Position numbers and translations under genes: made by a program
Notes under the pieces: generated by a model
What the model saw: the letters and a program-made list of their open reading frames with translations, nothing else
Databases searched by the model: none
Told to the model about the DNA's origin: nothing
Assembly: GCF_000015805.1 (NCBI RefSeq)
Contig: NC_009073.1
Span: 360,001 to 392,000 of the forward strand
Direction of reading: 5' to 3'
Source of the DNA: Pyrobaculum calidifontis JCM 11548
GTDB lineage: Archaea; Thermoproteota; Thermoprotei; Thermoproteales; Thermoproteaceae
Length of the DNA: 32,000 nt
Shown: one piece after another, positions 15,648 through 23,422 of the stretch
Position numbering within the stretch: the stretch's first letter is position 1
How the letters are laid out: every line of letters begins with the position of its first letter

Positions 15648-15732
15648 TGCGGGGGGTGGGATTTGAACCCACGCAGGCCTACGCCACAGGGACCTAAACC
15701 CTGCCCCTTTGACCTGGCTCGGGCACCCCCGC
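15648..15732 (-). tRNA. tRNA-Leu (anticodon UAG), class II with long variable arm, no encoded CCA, no intron
   Basis: The reverse complement reads GCGGGGGTGCCCGAGCCAGGTCAAAGGGGCAGGGTTTAGGTCCCTGTGGCGTAGGCCTGCGTGGGTTCAAATCCCACCCCCCGCA. The 7-bp acceptor stem is GCGGGGG/CCCCCGC. The anticodon stem is CAGGG/CCCTG with loop TTTAGGT. The T arm is GTGGG-TTCAAAT-CCCAC. An A/T-rich ttaaaatttaaaa lies about 25-35 nt upstream. Confidence 0.9.
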
Positions 15733-15755
15733 CGATAGTGAATACACACGGGGTT

Positions 15756-16457
15756 TTAAATTTTAAGGCGCCATGGGTTACATAGGGGTGTCAGTCCTCT
15801 TCCTCTCACGTTAGCCACTAGCGTTACGCCCAGGGCGCAGGCGGTCTCTACGCCGCTGTTTAGTGGGCCTCTAATGCTTACCATGATAGAGGCCCCGATG
15901 GCCGCGCCCCTTGCCACCAAGTCGGACGAGGCTCTGCCGGTGGTGAAGACCAAGGGCCCCCTCCTGCCCTCCTTAAGCGCCTTGCCCACGAGCTTAAGCA
16001 TGGAACTGTGCCTACTCACGTCATGAACCACTAGCCACCCCTTTTCATCCAAGAGGGCGGAGGTGTGCATGGCCAAGCTCGGCTCGGCAGTGGGCATGGT
16101 GAATTTCCCAAACTCAGCCACGAGCGCCCTCAGCTTCTCCACATCCAGCCGGGCCTCCACGAGCCGGACCTCGCGGCGGCCGCCCTTTACCACGTCGCAG
16201 TCCTCCACTGCCTTAAACGAGGGCGACGCCCGGCGCCTGATTCTGGCGATTATTTTGCGGCCCTCCACTCTCAACTCGCTCACCTCCTCCACAGTGTCTA
16301 TGTACCCATCTGCGTAGAGGAGGCCGAGCGCCAGTTCGTCTAAGTCCTGGGGGCTTGCCACAGCAGTGGCAACTAGCTCGCCGTTTACAAACACTTGGTA
16401 TAGCTCGTCTACGGCTACCTTAATCCCGTTGACCTCCCGCCACATGGCCCACCACAA
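15756..16457 (-). CDS. fdhD: FdhD-like formate dehydrogenase accessory sulfurtransferase
   Basis: VFVNGELVATAVASPQDLDELALGLLYADGYI and HDVSRHSSMLKLVGKAL match the FdhD pattern (L.VNG...ASP.DLEEL..GFL and DVGRHNA.DK). It is the last gene of the FDH operon. The start may be the internal Met at 16445. Confidence 0.75.
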   Translation of the reverse strand: MWWAMWREVNGIKVAVDELYQVFVNGELVATAVASPQDLDELALGLLYADGYIDTVEEVSELRVEGRKIIARIRRRASPSFKAVEDCDVVKGGRREVRLVEARLDVEKLRALVAEFGKFTMPTAEPSLAMHTSALLDEKGWLVVHDVSRHSSMLKLVGKALKEGRRGPLVFTTGRASSDLVARGAAIGASIMVSIRGPLNSGVETACALGVTLVANVRGRGLTPLCNPWRLKI

Positions 16458-17007
16458 TTCTCAAGAGGTATTCCAAGTCCTCCCGGGGCAGGCCCTGGTA
16501 TTCCACGTAGGCGAAGCCGCACCTCCTGCACCTATAGAACACGGCCCCCTCCAGCCCCTCTCTTATATATACGTCGAAGTTTTGACGCCCCTCGGCGCCG
16601 CAGTTGGGGCAACGCCACCACCCCTCGTGTAGCCACGAGAAGCCGCAGACGCACTTGGCGTACCTCTCCCTAGACTCAAAAATCTCCCCGGGCCGGGGCA
16701 CCACGACGAAGAGCCTTGGGGCACTTCCACAGATGGGGCACCTGTCGCCGCTCCACTCGGCGAACCTCTGCGCAAACCTCTTCGCAAGCCTAGACGCCAC
16801 CACCAGCCTTGCCGCGGCCTCATCCCCCACCGCGTCCACAATCTCAGCCATGTTGGCCACTTGGTCCACGAGGGGGGGAGATAGAGAGGAGAGATGGGGC
16901 TCCGGTATTGGCGTTGAAAAAAGGGATCGGATTTCCTCAACCGCCCGCCTCACCTCCTCAACACAGTGGGAGTCCCCCCCGCAGACTATCTCAACCTCTT
17001 TGGACAC
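16420..17007 (-). CDS. fdhE: FdhE-like formate dehydrogenase accessory protein (short form, Cys-rich)
   Basis: Cys pairs CPICGS, CVCGFSW...RCPNCG and CRRCGF are arranged as in FdhE rubredoxin-like motifs. The gene sits between the cytochrome b gene and fdhD. Confidence 0.65.
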   Translation of the reverse strand: MSKEVEIVCGGDSHCVEEVRRAVEEIRSLFSTPIPEPHLSSLSPPLVDQVANMAEIVDAVGDEAAARLVVASRLAKRFAQRFAEWSGDRCPICGSAPRLFVVVPRPGEIFESRERYAKCVCGFSWLHEGWWRCPNCGAEGRQNFDVYIREGLEGAVFYRCRRCGFAYVEYQGLPREDLEYLLRIVVGHVAGGQRD

Positions 17008-17710
17008 GGCTTAAAAACCTCGGCATGTGTTTCTGCACCCACTCAAGCGACACTTTGCCATATCCAAACATAGCCACTAGTAGAGGCCTATTGGAGGGGT
17101 GCAGAGAGGCAAAGAGGTGCAAGAGGACGAATATCAGCGAGAGGTAGAAGCCCAAGTCGTGCATGAGTAGGAGAAGCCTAAAGTCGTTTAACGAGAGGCC
17201 AAGCACGTCTCTATAGACCATTAACACCCCGCTCGCCGAGAGGAGGACAACTCCGATGAATAGGAGTATGGTCATGTAAGCTACAAGGACGTTGTGTCTT
17301 TCCAAGTTCTTTGCCACATCTTCTGGGAGCGGCTTGCCCAAGAGATAGTGCTTAGTAAGGGCTGAGGCCTCTCTAATCTGGTGACTAATGGGCTTCCTCA
17401 ACGCGTCAAAAATCCGCACTCTGTTAAACATCACTAGGTATATGCCATAGACGATGAGGAAGAGGCCCCACAGCATACCGAGAAATCTGTGGCTTGTGCG
17501 GCCTAGCTCAAGGCCCACAGAGGTGGCAGGCAGGCCGACGGCGGCGGCCAGCGGCGCCCCAACGGCGTAGGCCAACCAGTTAAACAGCCCCGGAAAGAGC
17601 AACAATACTCCAGTGATAGCTAACAATGTAAATAATACAAGATTTAAACTGTGAGCTATTTTATAACCTATAGAGGCAATCTCTACTTCTTCATATTTTA
17701 CACTAGACAT
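16991..17710 (-). CDS. fdnI: formate dehydrogenase cytochrome b (gamma) subunit, FdnI-like
   Basis: Four to five TM helices, with His in helices 1 and 2 and an H-x13-H pair (MHDLGFYLSLIFVLLH) in the last helix. I recall the same 14-residue spacing for the heme ligands of E. coli FdnI. Confidence 0.8.
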   Translation of the reverse strand: MSSVKYEEVEIASIGYKIAHSLNLVLFTLLAITGVLLLFPGLFNWLAYAVGAPLAAAVGLPATSVGLELGRTSHRFLGMLWGLFLIVYGIYLVMFNRVRIFDALRKPISHQIREASALTKHYLLGKPLPEDVAKNLERHNVLVAYMTILLFIGVVLLSASGVLMVYRDVLGLSLNDFRLLLLMHDLGFYLSLIFVLLHLFASLHPSNRPLLVAMFGYGKVSLEWVQKHMPRFLSRVQRG

Positions 17711-17730
17711 GTTAAATAAAGTGAGGAGAG

Positions 17731-17740
17731 GTTTAAAAAC
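17731..17740 (-). promoter_or_regulatory. possible internal TATA element upstream of the cytochrome b gene
   Basis: In the 30-nt gap between fdnH and fdnI, the minus strand reads GTTTTTAAAC, centred about 25 nt upstream of ATG 17710. Confidence 0.35.
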
Positions 17741-18568
17741 TTATCTTTCGTGCTTCTTCTCCACTCTAGACTGGCGCCAAGCCGCTAGGCCGAGGATTGT
17801 CAGCCCCAAGGCCGCCGCCGGCGCCAAATAGGTAGCAGCCTGCCTCAGGTACTCCCTTATGGAATTCGACACCACGGTGGAGGCCTTGGGGAAGTGTTGC
17901 TCCACTGCAAAGCTCCTCCTAGACGCCACGAATACCCACCTCACTTGGCCGCCCACGTAGGGGTCTAAGTCGAGGCCGTACACGACCCTCCCCTTGGACT
18001 GCTCCTCTCTCGCCGCCTTTGTTACCTCTTCTATGGGCCCAAAGGTGAAGACGCCGGTGGGGCAGACCTCGACGCAGGCGGGGGCACGGCCGTTTTGAAT
18101 TCTGTCTACGCAGAAGGTGCACTTGTAGTACTTCCCGTCCTGCCCCTTCTTGGGGACGTTGAAGGGACACGCATTTTCACAATAGCCGCATCCGATGCAC
18201 AAGTCCTTGTTTATCACCACTGCTCCCTCTGGCGTAGTCACAATGGCACCTGCGGGACACGCCCTGGCACAAGGAGCGTCGACACAGTGGAGACAGTTGT
18301 AGGGCAACGGCGCTATGTCCACCTGCGAGAAGACCACCTCGCCGGCGGGGGTCTTCAACCCCTTCTGCACAACCCCCTCGTAGAAGAAGACTACCTTCCA
18401 GTCTTGCGCAGTCAGCGACGGCGGCTGGGCAAGCGTGGGGCTGAACTCCGTCTTTGTGGCAGTTAGCCCGTTCCAGTCTTTACACGCCAGCTGGCACGCC
18501 CTACAGCCAATACACTTGTCTAAGTCCACCAATACCGCGTAGCCTTGGCGGGAGGTTGCCGGCGACAT
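17741..18568 (-). CDS. fdnH: formate dehydrogenase iron-sulfur (beta) subunit, FdnH-like, with C-terminal membrane anchor
   Basis: Four ferredoxin-type Cys clusters (CIGCRACQLAC, CLHCVDAPCARACP, CIGCGYCENACP, CTFCVDR...ACVEVCP) and a C-terminal hydrophobic helix, ATYLAPAAALGLTILGLAAW. Confidence 0.9.
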   Translation of the reverse strand: MSPATSRQGYAVLVDLDKCIGCRACQLACKDWNGLTATKTEFSPTLAQPPSLTAQDWKVVFFYEGVVQKGLKTPAGEVVFSQVDIAPLPYNCLHCVDAPCARACPAGAIVTTPEGAVVINKDLCIGCGYCENACPFNVPKKGQDGKYYKCTFCVDRIQNGRAPACVEVCPTGVFTFGPIEEVTKAAREEQSKGRVVYGLDLDPYVGGQVRWVFVASRRSFAVEQHFPKASTVVSNSIREYLRQAATYLAPAAALGLTILGLAAWRQSRVEKKHER

Positions 18569-18570
18569 GG

Positions 18571-21500
18571 CTACACCGACCTAGCCTTTCTTATTGCGCC
18601 AAGCCACGCCTTAGATTCCTGAATCGTTGTAACCACGTCGCCGACGTCAGGCGTGAGGAAGTTGCCCTGCGGCCCAGTGACGTCGCCCATGAAGCTGAAG
18701 CTCCACTGTACGTTTACCACTGGGACAGTCTTGCCGTTCACGTTTAGATACGCCTCGCCATCGGTGACGTAGGCCACCATCTTCAACATCCCCCTCGCAG
18801 TCCAGAGTTCCACGTAGTCGCCGCTCTGGATGCCCAGCTTCTGGGCCAAGGCCCTCGGCACATATACAAACGGCGCAGGGACGAGTTGGGCTAGGTAAGG
18901 CACGTTGCGAGACATGGCTCCCGTGTGCCACGTCTCTGTGAGCCTATTAGACGTCATCGCCACAATAACGGCGTCGGCCACGCCCCACTGCTTCAACAAG
19001 TCCTCCAGCTGCTTCGGCTCAAGCGCGACGCCCACGGGGAAGTCCTTCACTGCGGCCGGCTTGTTAGTCAACACGTCCAAGTTGTAGGGATTTGTCCACG
19101 CGAGTGTGGGGTACTTAAGCGCCATCTCTACCAGGGGGCTCTCCACAGGCTCGGTGTGTATAGGCCACTGGAAGTTGTACCCCTTATACCAGCCGCCCAT
19201 CTCCTCTATAACCTTCAACGTGGCCGTCCTCAAATCGCCGGTCTGCTGGTAGTACTGTTGTAGCAACTGGCGCATTTTCTCGTAGTTAGGCTTAAATTGC
19301 GCCCAGCCCCCGCCGGAGTAGAAGGGCCTCTTTAACGCCGCCTTCATAGACAGCGCCTCTTCGTCCCAGTACACAGCGTCGTTAGCCCAGAGATACCTCA
19401 TGCCGGTCGCGGCGGCGAATTCCTCAAAGCCGAGCACCTTAACCTCCCCCCCGTCCTCTACTACGAATTTCCCAGGTATCACAAGTTGGCCGGTCCTAAT
19501 GAACTCTATGATGTCTAATCCACCGAAGAGGTCGGAGACGCCGCTCAGCCTCCTCTTAAAGCTCCTGGGCGCCCAGAAGTTGTGGCCTGGCACAAAGGCG
19601 GGCCTATACTCGCCCGTATACTCGTCGATAATTTCACCCGTCTCCCCCGTCACAGTCCATTGCTTGCCCGCGGCCGTCACCACGTCGGCCTTGCCCAACA
19701 CCGCCTGAAGCGAGTCGTAGTTGTACATAAAGCGCACGTTCATGGGCCAAGACCAGCCCCAGTCCTTGTACACCTTGAACTCTTGGCTAAATGTGCCATC
19801 GATCTCGCCGGGCTTCCTCAGCCTATTGTTCCTCCGCATTGGGGTAAACTCGTCTCTAACGGGGTCGTATATGCCTTGGTATATGAAGACGGCGTAGTTT
19901 ATCTCCTTGCTTATTATCCGCGGATTAGCCGCGGCCTCTATTTCGGAGATGGGAGCCGCCTCGCCGGAGCCTCCCGAGTAGTCCCACGAGCGGTCTGGCT
20001 TAAGCGGCCTCTCGTAGACGAAGATGAGCTGGCCCCTCTTCCTAAACTTCACGCGCTCGCTCTTGACCCCAGCCGCCTCGCTGGGCAAAACCACGGCGCC
20101 GGCCCTCCTCAGATACTTGTACAACTGGGCCATTATCCAGTAGTCGGGCCTAGACTCGCCCACGGGCTCCACTGCCCTCCAAGTCCACTGAATCACCCTA
20201 TTGCCGTCGGTCCTGGTCCCCTCCTTCTCGGCGAAAGACGCCGCCGGTAGAACGACGTCGGCGAAGTACGCCGTCTCAGTCTCAAATATGTCGCTCACGA
20301 CCAGGAGGTCTAGGCTGGCCAAGCCCGCCATCACCACTTTGGCGTTTGGATTAGACACGGCGGGGTTCTCGCCGAACACAAACGCAGCCCTTATATCGCC
20401 CGCGAGGGCTTTCCTCGGGAACGTGACCTCCGACGCGCCGGTGCCGAAGGGCAAGTCGCACACCACCACGCCGTTTACTGGGTCGTCCTCTGGAACAGTA
20501 CCGCAGAAGACCCCCCACACAAGCTCAAGCCTGCGCCAGCCGTAGAAGTTGAACACTTGCAACACCTTGGTCAAATCTGCCTTGCCCCTGGAGGGTGTGC
20601 TCGTGGCGACTTTGCCCTGCGCCCACTGGGGGATCTCCCAGTTCCAGGCGTCTGGCATCCCCTGCAACTTCCAGTCTTGGTACAGCCTCACGTCAAAGGC
20701 GCTGGAGGGCGGGGAGTGGTAGCCGGGCAAGACGCCTAGCCCTCCTCCTTGCACGTCTGTGACGCCTTGGACATTGCTGTGGCCTCTAAATGGGTGAGTC
20801 CCCCCGCCTGGGTACCCCACGTTGCCCAAGAGGAGTTGCGTAATGGCCGCCGCCCTTATGATGTTGATTGTGGCGTTTGTGTGCTGAGTAAAGCCCATGG
20901 CCCACTGTACTATGCCATGCTTCTTGTGGCCGGTGACTACGCCGCTGTTCTCCACGTATATCTGGGCCACAGTCCTCAACAGCTCCTTCGGCACGCCCGT
21001 TATGGCCGAGGCTGTGTCTACGTCGTATTCCTTTAACATCTCCTTCAAGTCTGCCAAGTCGTCGTTGGTGATATTCCACCGCGCCATTAGGCGCTGGAAC
21101 TCCGGCAGTTGGTCAATGGGCGGGTTTCTCTCAAAGAACGCGTAGTGGAGGATGTAGTTGAAGATGGCGGTGTCTGTGCCAGGCCTAAACGGCACCCATA
21201 TGTCGCTCGCCGCAGCCGTCCTGCTGTACCTTGGGTCAAAGGTTATGAAGATGGTGTCGCGCTCCCTCTTCCCCTTCATAAAGTAGTAGAAGGACAGCGG
21301 GTGGGCCTCCGCGGGGCTTGAGAAGAAGAGCACCACGTCGGCCAAGGCCACGTCCTCTATGGACGCGGTCTCGGCGCCCCAGCCGTAGGTAACGGCGAGA
21401 GAGCTCACAGTGGAAGAGTGGCACTTGCGGTACTGCGAGTCTGTGTTAGAGGTGCCCAAGAAGGCGGCAAGCTTCCTTGAGAGGTAACCCTCCTCGTTCA

Positions 21501-22098
21501 CCAGAATAGAGGAGCCTATTATCATGACAGGGCTCTTGGCGCCCACGTAGTAGAATCCGTCGGACTGCTTAGGCGCCCCCGTGGAGGTGCGCCACGCGTT
21601 TAAAATGCCGGCGAGCTTGCCGGCGATGTATGATAGAGCCTCGTCCCAGCTTGCCCGCCTCCACTGCGGCGGGTACTTCTTCAACACGGCCAAGAGCTCG
21701 TCCCAGGTCTTGGCGGCTAGGATCTCCTCGACGGGCGGCTTAGGCCCAGTCCTAATAAGCGGATACATAAGCCGGCGTGGGTTATTGACGAGCTGGAAGG
21801 CCGCCTTGCCCTTTGGACACAAGGCCCCCCAGTTGATATACGAGTCGGTGGAGCCGGCAGACCAGATAACTCTCTGCCCATCCGTATACATGTCAATGGA
21901 ACACCCCATGGAGCAGTAGGGACATATCGTGGGCATAACCCTGGCTTGCTGAAGCCCGGTCTTGCCCCCCACTTCGCCAAGCGCCCACCTCGTCTTAGCC
22001 GCGGTAAAGCCCTGCTGAGCCGAGGCAGGGAGGCCGAGCGCCAGCGCGGCCAATGCCGATATCTTTATAAACGAGCGCCTAGTGGTCTGCACCGTCAT
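18571..22098 (-). CDS. fdnG: formate dehydrogenase catalytic (alpha) subunit, Mo/W-bis-PGD family, Tat-exported, Cys-type
   Basis: Twin-arginine signal MTVQTTRRSFIKISALAALALGLPASA. N-terminal 4Fe-4S motif CPYCSMGCSIDMY...CPKG. YRKCHSSTVSSLAVTYGWG aligns with the E. coli FdnG ARVUHGPTVASLAPTFGRG motif, with Cys (TGC at 21421-21423) in place of selenocysteine. Co-operonic with fdnH, fdnI, fdhE and fdhD. Confidence 0.9.
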   Translation of the reverse strand: MTVQTTRRSFIKISALAALALGLPASAQQGFTAAKTRWALGEVGGKTGLQQARVMPTICPYCSMGCSIDMYTDGQRVIWSAGSTDSYINWGALCPKGKAAFQLVNNPRRLMYPLIRTGPKPPVEEILAAKTWDELLAVLKKYPPQWRRASWDEALSYIAGKLAGILNAWRTSTGAPKQSDGFYYVGAKSPVMIIGSSILVNEEGYLSRKLAAFLGTSNTDSQYRKCHSSTVSSLAVTYGWGAETASIEDVALADVVLFFSSPAEAHPLSFYYFMKGKRERDTIFITFDPRYSRTAAASDIWVPFRPGTDTAIFNYILHYAFFERNPPIDQLPEFQRLMARWNITNDDLADLKEMLKEYDVDTASAITGVPKELLRTVAQIYVENSGVVTGHKKHGIVQWAMGFTQHTNATINIIRAAAITQLLLGNVGYPGGGTHPFRGHSNVQGVTDVQGGGLGVLPGYHSPPSSAFDVRLYQDWKLQGMPDAWNWEIPQWAQGKVATSTPSRGKADLTKVLQVFNFYGWRRLELVWGVFCGTVPEDDPVNGVVVCDLPFGTGASEVTFPRKALAGDIRAAFVFGENPAVSNPNAKVVMAGLASLDLLVVSDIFETETAYFADVVLPAASFAEKEGTRTDGNRVIQWTWRAVEPVGESRPDYWIMAQLYKYLRRAGAVVLPSEAAGVKSERVKFRKRGQLIFVYERPLKPDRSWDYSGGSGEAAPISEIEAAANPRIISKEINYAVFIYQGIYDPVRDEFTPMRRNNRLRKPGEIDGTFSQEFKVYKDWGWSWPMNVRFMYNYDSLQAVLGKADVVTAAGKQWTVTGETGEIIDEYTGEYRPAFVPGHNFWAPRSFKRRLSGVSDLFGGLDIIEFIRTGQLVIPGKFVVEDGGEVKVLGFEEFAAATGMRYLWANDAVYWDEEALSMKAALKRPFYSGGGWAQFKPNYEKMRQLLQQYYQQTGDLRTATLKVIEEMGGWYKGYNFQWPIHTEPVESPLVEMALKYPTLAWTNPYNLDVLTNKPAAVKDFPVGVALEPKQLEDLLKQWGVADAVIVAMTSNRLTETWHTGAMSRNVPYLAQLVPAPFVYVPRALAQKLGIQSGDYVELWTARGMLKMVAYVTDGEAYLNVNGKTVPVVNVQWSFSFMGDVTGPQGNFLTPDVGDVVTTIQESKAWLGAIRKARSV

Positions 22099-22298
22099 AG
22101 CTGCGCCGCGCCCCAGTTCTTATCCCTCTTCCCACCCACCTTCTTAGCCGTCATGCAGGTCAAGTCCTCCTCCATGGCGATAAGGCTATACAGCCCACCG
22201 TAGCTCTCAGCCACAAGCGAAAGCTCCCGCTCAAAAACCTCCAAAAACTCCCTACGCCGCTTCTCTACGCTCTCATACACAGCCTTGAAATCTACCAT
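22095..22298 (-). CDS. small uncharacterised protein (67 aa), first gene of the FDH operon
   Basis: ATG 22298 lies about 23 nt downstream of a TATA-like element. The stop overlaps the fdnG start in an ATGA arrangement (22095-22098). Predicted helical and charged (MVDFKAVYESVEKRRREFLEVFERELSLVAESYGGLYSLIAMEEDL...). No family recognised. Confidence 0.55.
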   Translation of the reverse strand: MVDFKAVYESVEKRRREFLEVFERELSLVAESYGGLYSLIAMEEDLTCMTAKKVGGKRDKNWGAAQL

Positions 22299-22317
22299 GT
22301 GTCCCCTCTACATCGCC

Positions 22318-22325
22318 TTTTAAAT
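22318..22325 (-). promoter_or_regulatory. TATA-like element of the FDH operon
   Basis: The minus strand reads CCATTTAAAAGG around 22316-22327, centred about 23 nt upstream of ATG 22298. It directly abuts the stop (22329-22331) of the upstream regulator ORF. Confidence 0.5.
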
Positions 22326-22328
22326 GGC

Positions 22329-22923
22329 CTATTCGGGACTTTCTTGAATAATCTTTTTAAACTGGATCAGAGGGCACTGTTGAAGAACGGGCCCTCCACA
22401 GATTTCACAGAAGCCCAAAAACCAAGCACGGCCTTCCTCGTCTACAAAAACGACCCCCTTGTGCCCACCGAAGGCGACCATTGGTGCAAGAGATGCGAAG
22501 ATAGACGCCACAAGCTCAGCCAAGGCGGGGTCTAACCCAATCACAGACTTCAAGGTAATTGGCCTCCCCAAGAGGAGCATGGCCGCGTGAACTAAGTCGT
22601 CTTTCAACGCGTCTAGGCTGGGGACCAGCGCCGTTAAAAACTTGCACAGCGCCCCCCCCCCGCCCCACGACGCCCAAGCCGCTTAAATATCTGCCAAAGG
22701 CTGGGGCAACGACGTCGCATCCAAACAGCTCCACGCCCTTCACAAAACCCTTCAAAGTAGGCCTAACGACCCCATCCTCCTCAGCCACGTAAAACTCTCT
22801 CCCAAGCCGTTCCAACTCGTAGTAGACAGTTGAGGTGGGCAGGGGAAGCCCCTTGGCGAGCTGGTACTTAGACACGGGAAACTTCTCCACAACAGCCCTC
22901 AACACCGCCCACCTCCTATCCAC
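22329..22923 (-). pseudogene. winged-helix (wHTH) transcription regulator split into two frames at a G10 tract
   Basis: ORF 22923-22516 has a wHTH-like N-terminus (VSKYQLAKGLPLPTSTVYYELERLGREFYVAEEDGVVRPT) and then an out-of-frame-looking tail. ORF 22607-22329 has a frame that stays open up to the homopolymer (ALCKFLTALVPSLDALKDDLVHAAMLLLGRP...). The frames meet at 22652-22661. A G9 tract would give one protein of about 198 aa. Confidence 0.65.
22652..22661. repeat. C10 (+ strand) / G10 (coding strand) mononucleotide tract
   Basis: Direct count in ...cacagcg cccccccccc g cccc acgac... The tract is followed by g and a further C4. Confidence 0.95.
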
Positions 22924-22924
22924 A

Positions 22925-22936
22925 ATGATTAATCAT
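22925..22936. promoter_or_regulatory. perfect 12-bp palindrome ATGATTAATCAT in the divergent promoter region; candidate operator
   Basis: Self-complementary 12-mer that begins 2 nt upstream of the regulator GTG start (22923), in the 68-bp gap to the DUF59 gene. A TATA-like tttataa lies at 22973-22979. Confidence 0.45.
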
Positions 22937-22991
22937 TATGGATATTTAACATTGGCCCACGCGGCGTCCAAGTTTATAAGTCCATGTCGAC

Positions 22992-23399
22992 GTGGTGTCT
23001 ATGGAAGTGACTATGGAAGAGAAGCCGGTCTTTGAAACAAATTTGCCGCCAGACAAGGTCAAGAAGCTTATAGAGGTTTTGAGGGAGGTGCACGACCCCG
23101 AGATTCCCATAAACGTGTACGACCTAGGCCTCATCCGGAAGGTGGTTATGGAAGACGGCAAGGTCAAGGTGGTTATGACTCTCACGGCGGTGGGCTGCCC
23201 AGTGGCCGGTAGCGTGGCAGAGACTGTGGGCTACGCCGTGCAGTCCGTCCTCCCCGAGGCAGAGGACGTGGAGGTTGAGGTGGACTTCGAGAGGCCGTGG
23301 GACCCCACGCAGATGACGCCCCAGGGCAGAGAGATGTTCAAGGCCATATACGGCTACGACATCGTCGAACAGTACCTCCAGGCACAGGCGGAGAGTTAA
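22992..23399 (+). CDS. DUF59/MIP18-family Fe-S cluster assembly protein (SufT/PaaD-like)
   Basis: Motifs VHDPEIPINVYDLGLI and LTAVGCPVAG are typical of DUF59. The more likely start is ATG 23001, about 25 nt downstream of the TATA-like element. Confidence 0.8.
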   Translation: MVSMEVTMEEKPVFETNLPPDKVKKLIEVLREVHDPEIPINVYDLGLIRKVVMEDGKVKVVMTLTAVGCPVAGSVAETVGYAVQSVLPEAEDVEVEVDFERPWDPTQMTPQGREMFKAIYGYDIVEQYLQAQAES

Positions 23400-23422
23400 T
23401 AAACCCGGGACTTGGCAGAGCC

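Noticed and set aside
15581-15760. Integrated mobile element at tRNA-Leu
   Set aside because: No integrase, transposase or viral gene is nearby. I found no duplicated copy of the tRNA 3' half elsewhere in the window. The tRNA is intact with its own promoter-like element.
18571-22098. Selenocysteine recoding in the formate dehydrogenase alpha subunit
   Set aside because: The ORF is uninterrupted. The position equivalent to the E. coli Sec is a TGC Cys codon (21421-21423), so there is no in-frame TGA and no need for a SECIS element.
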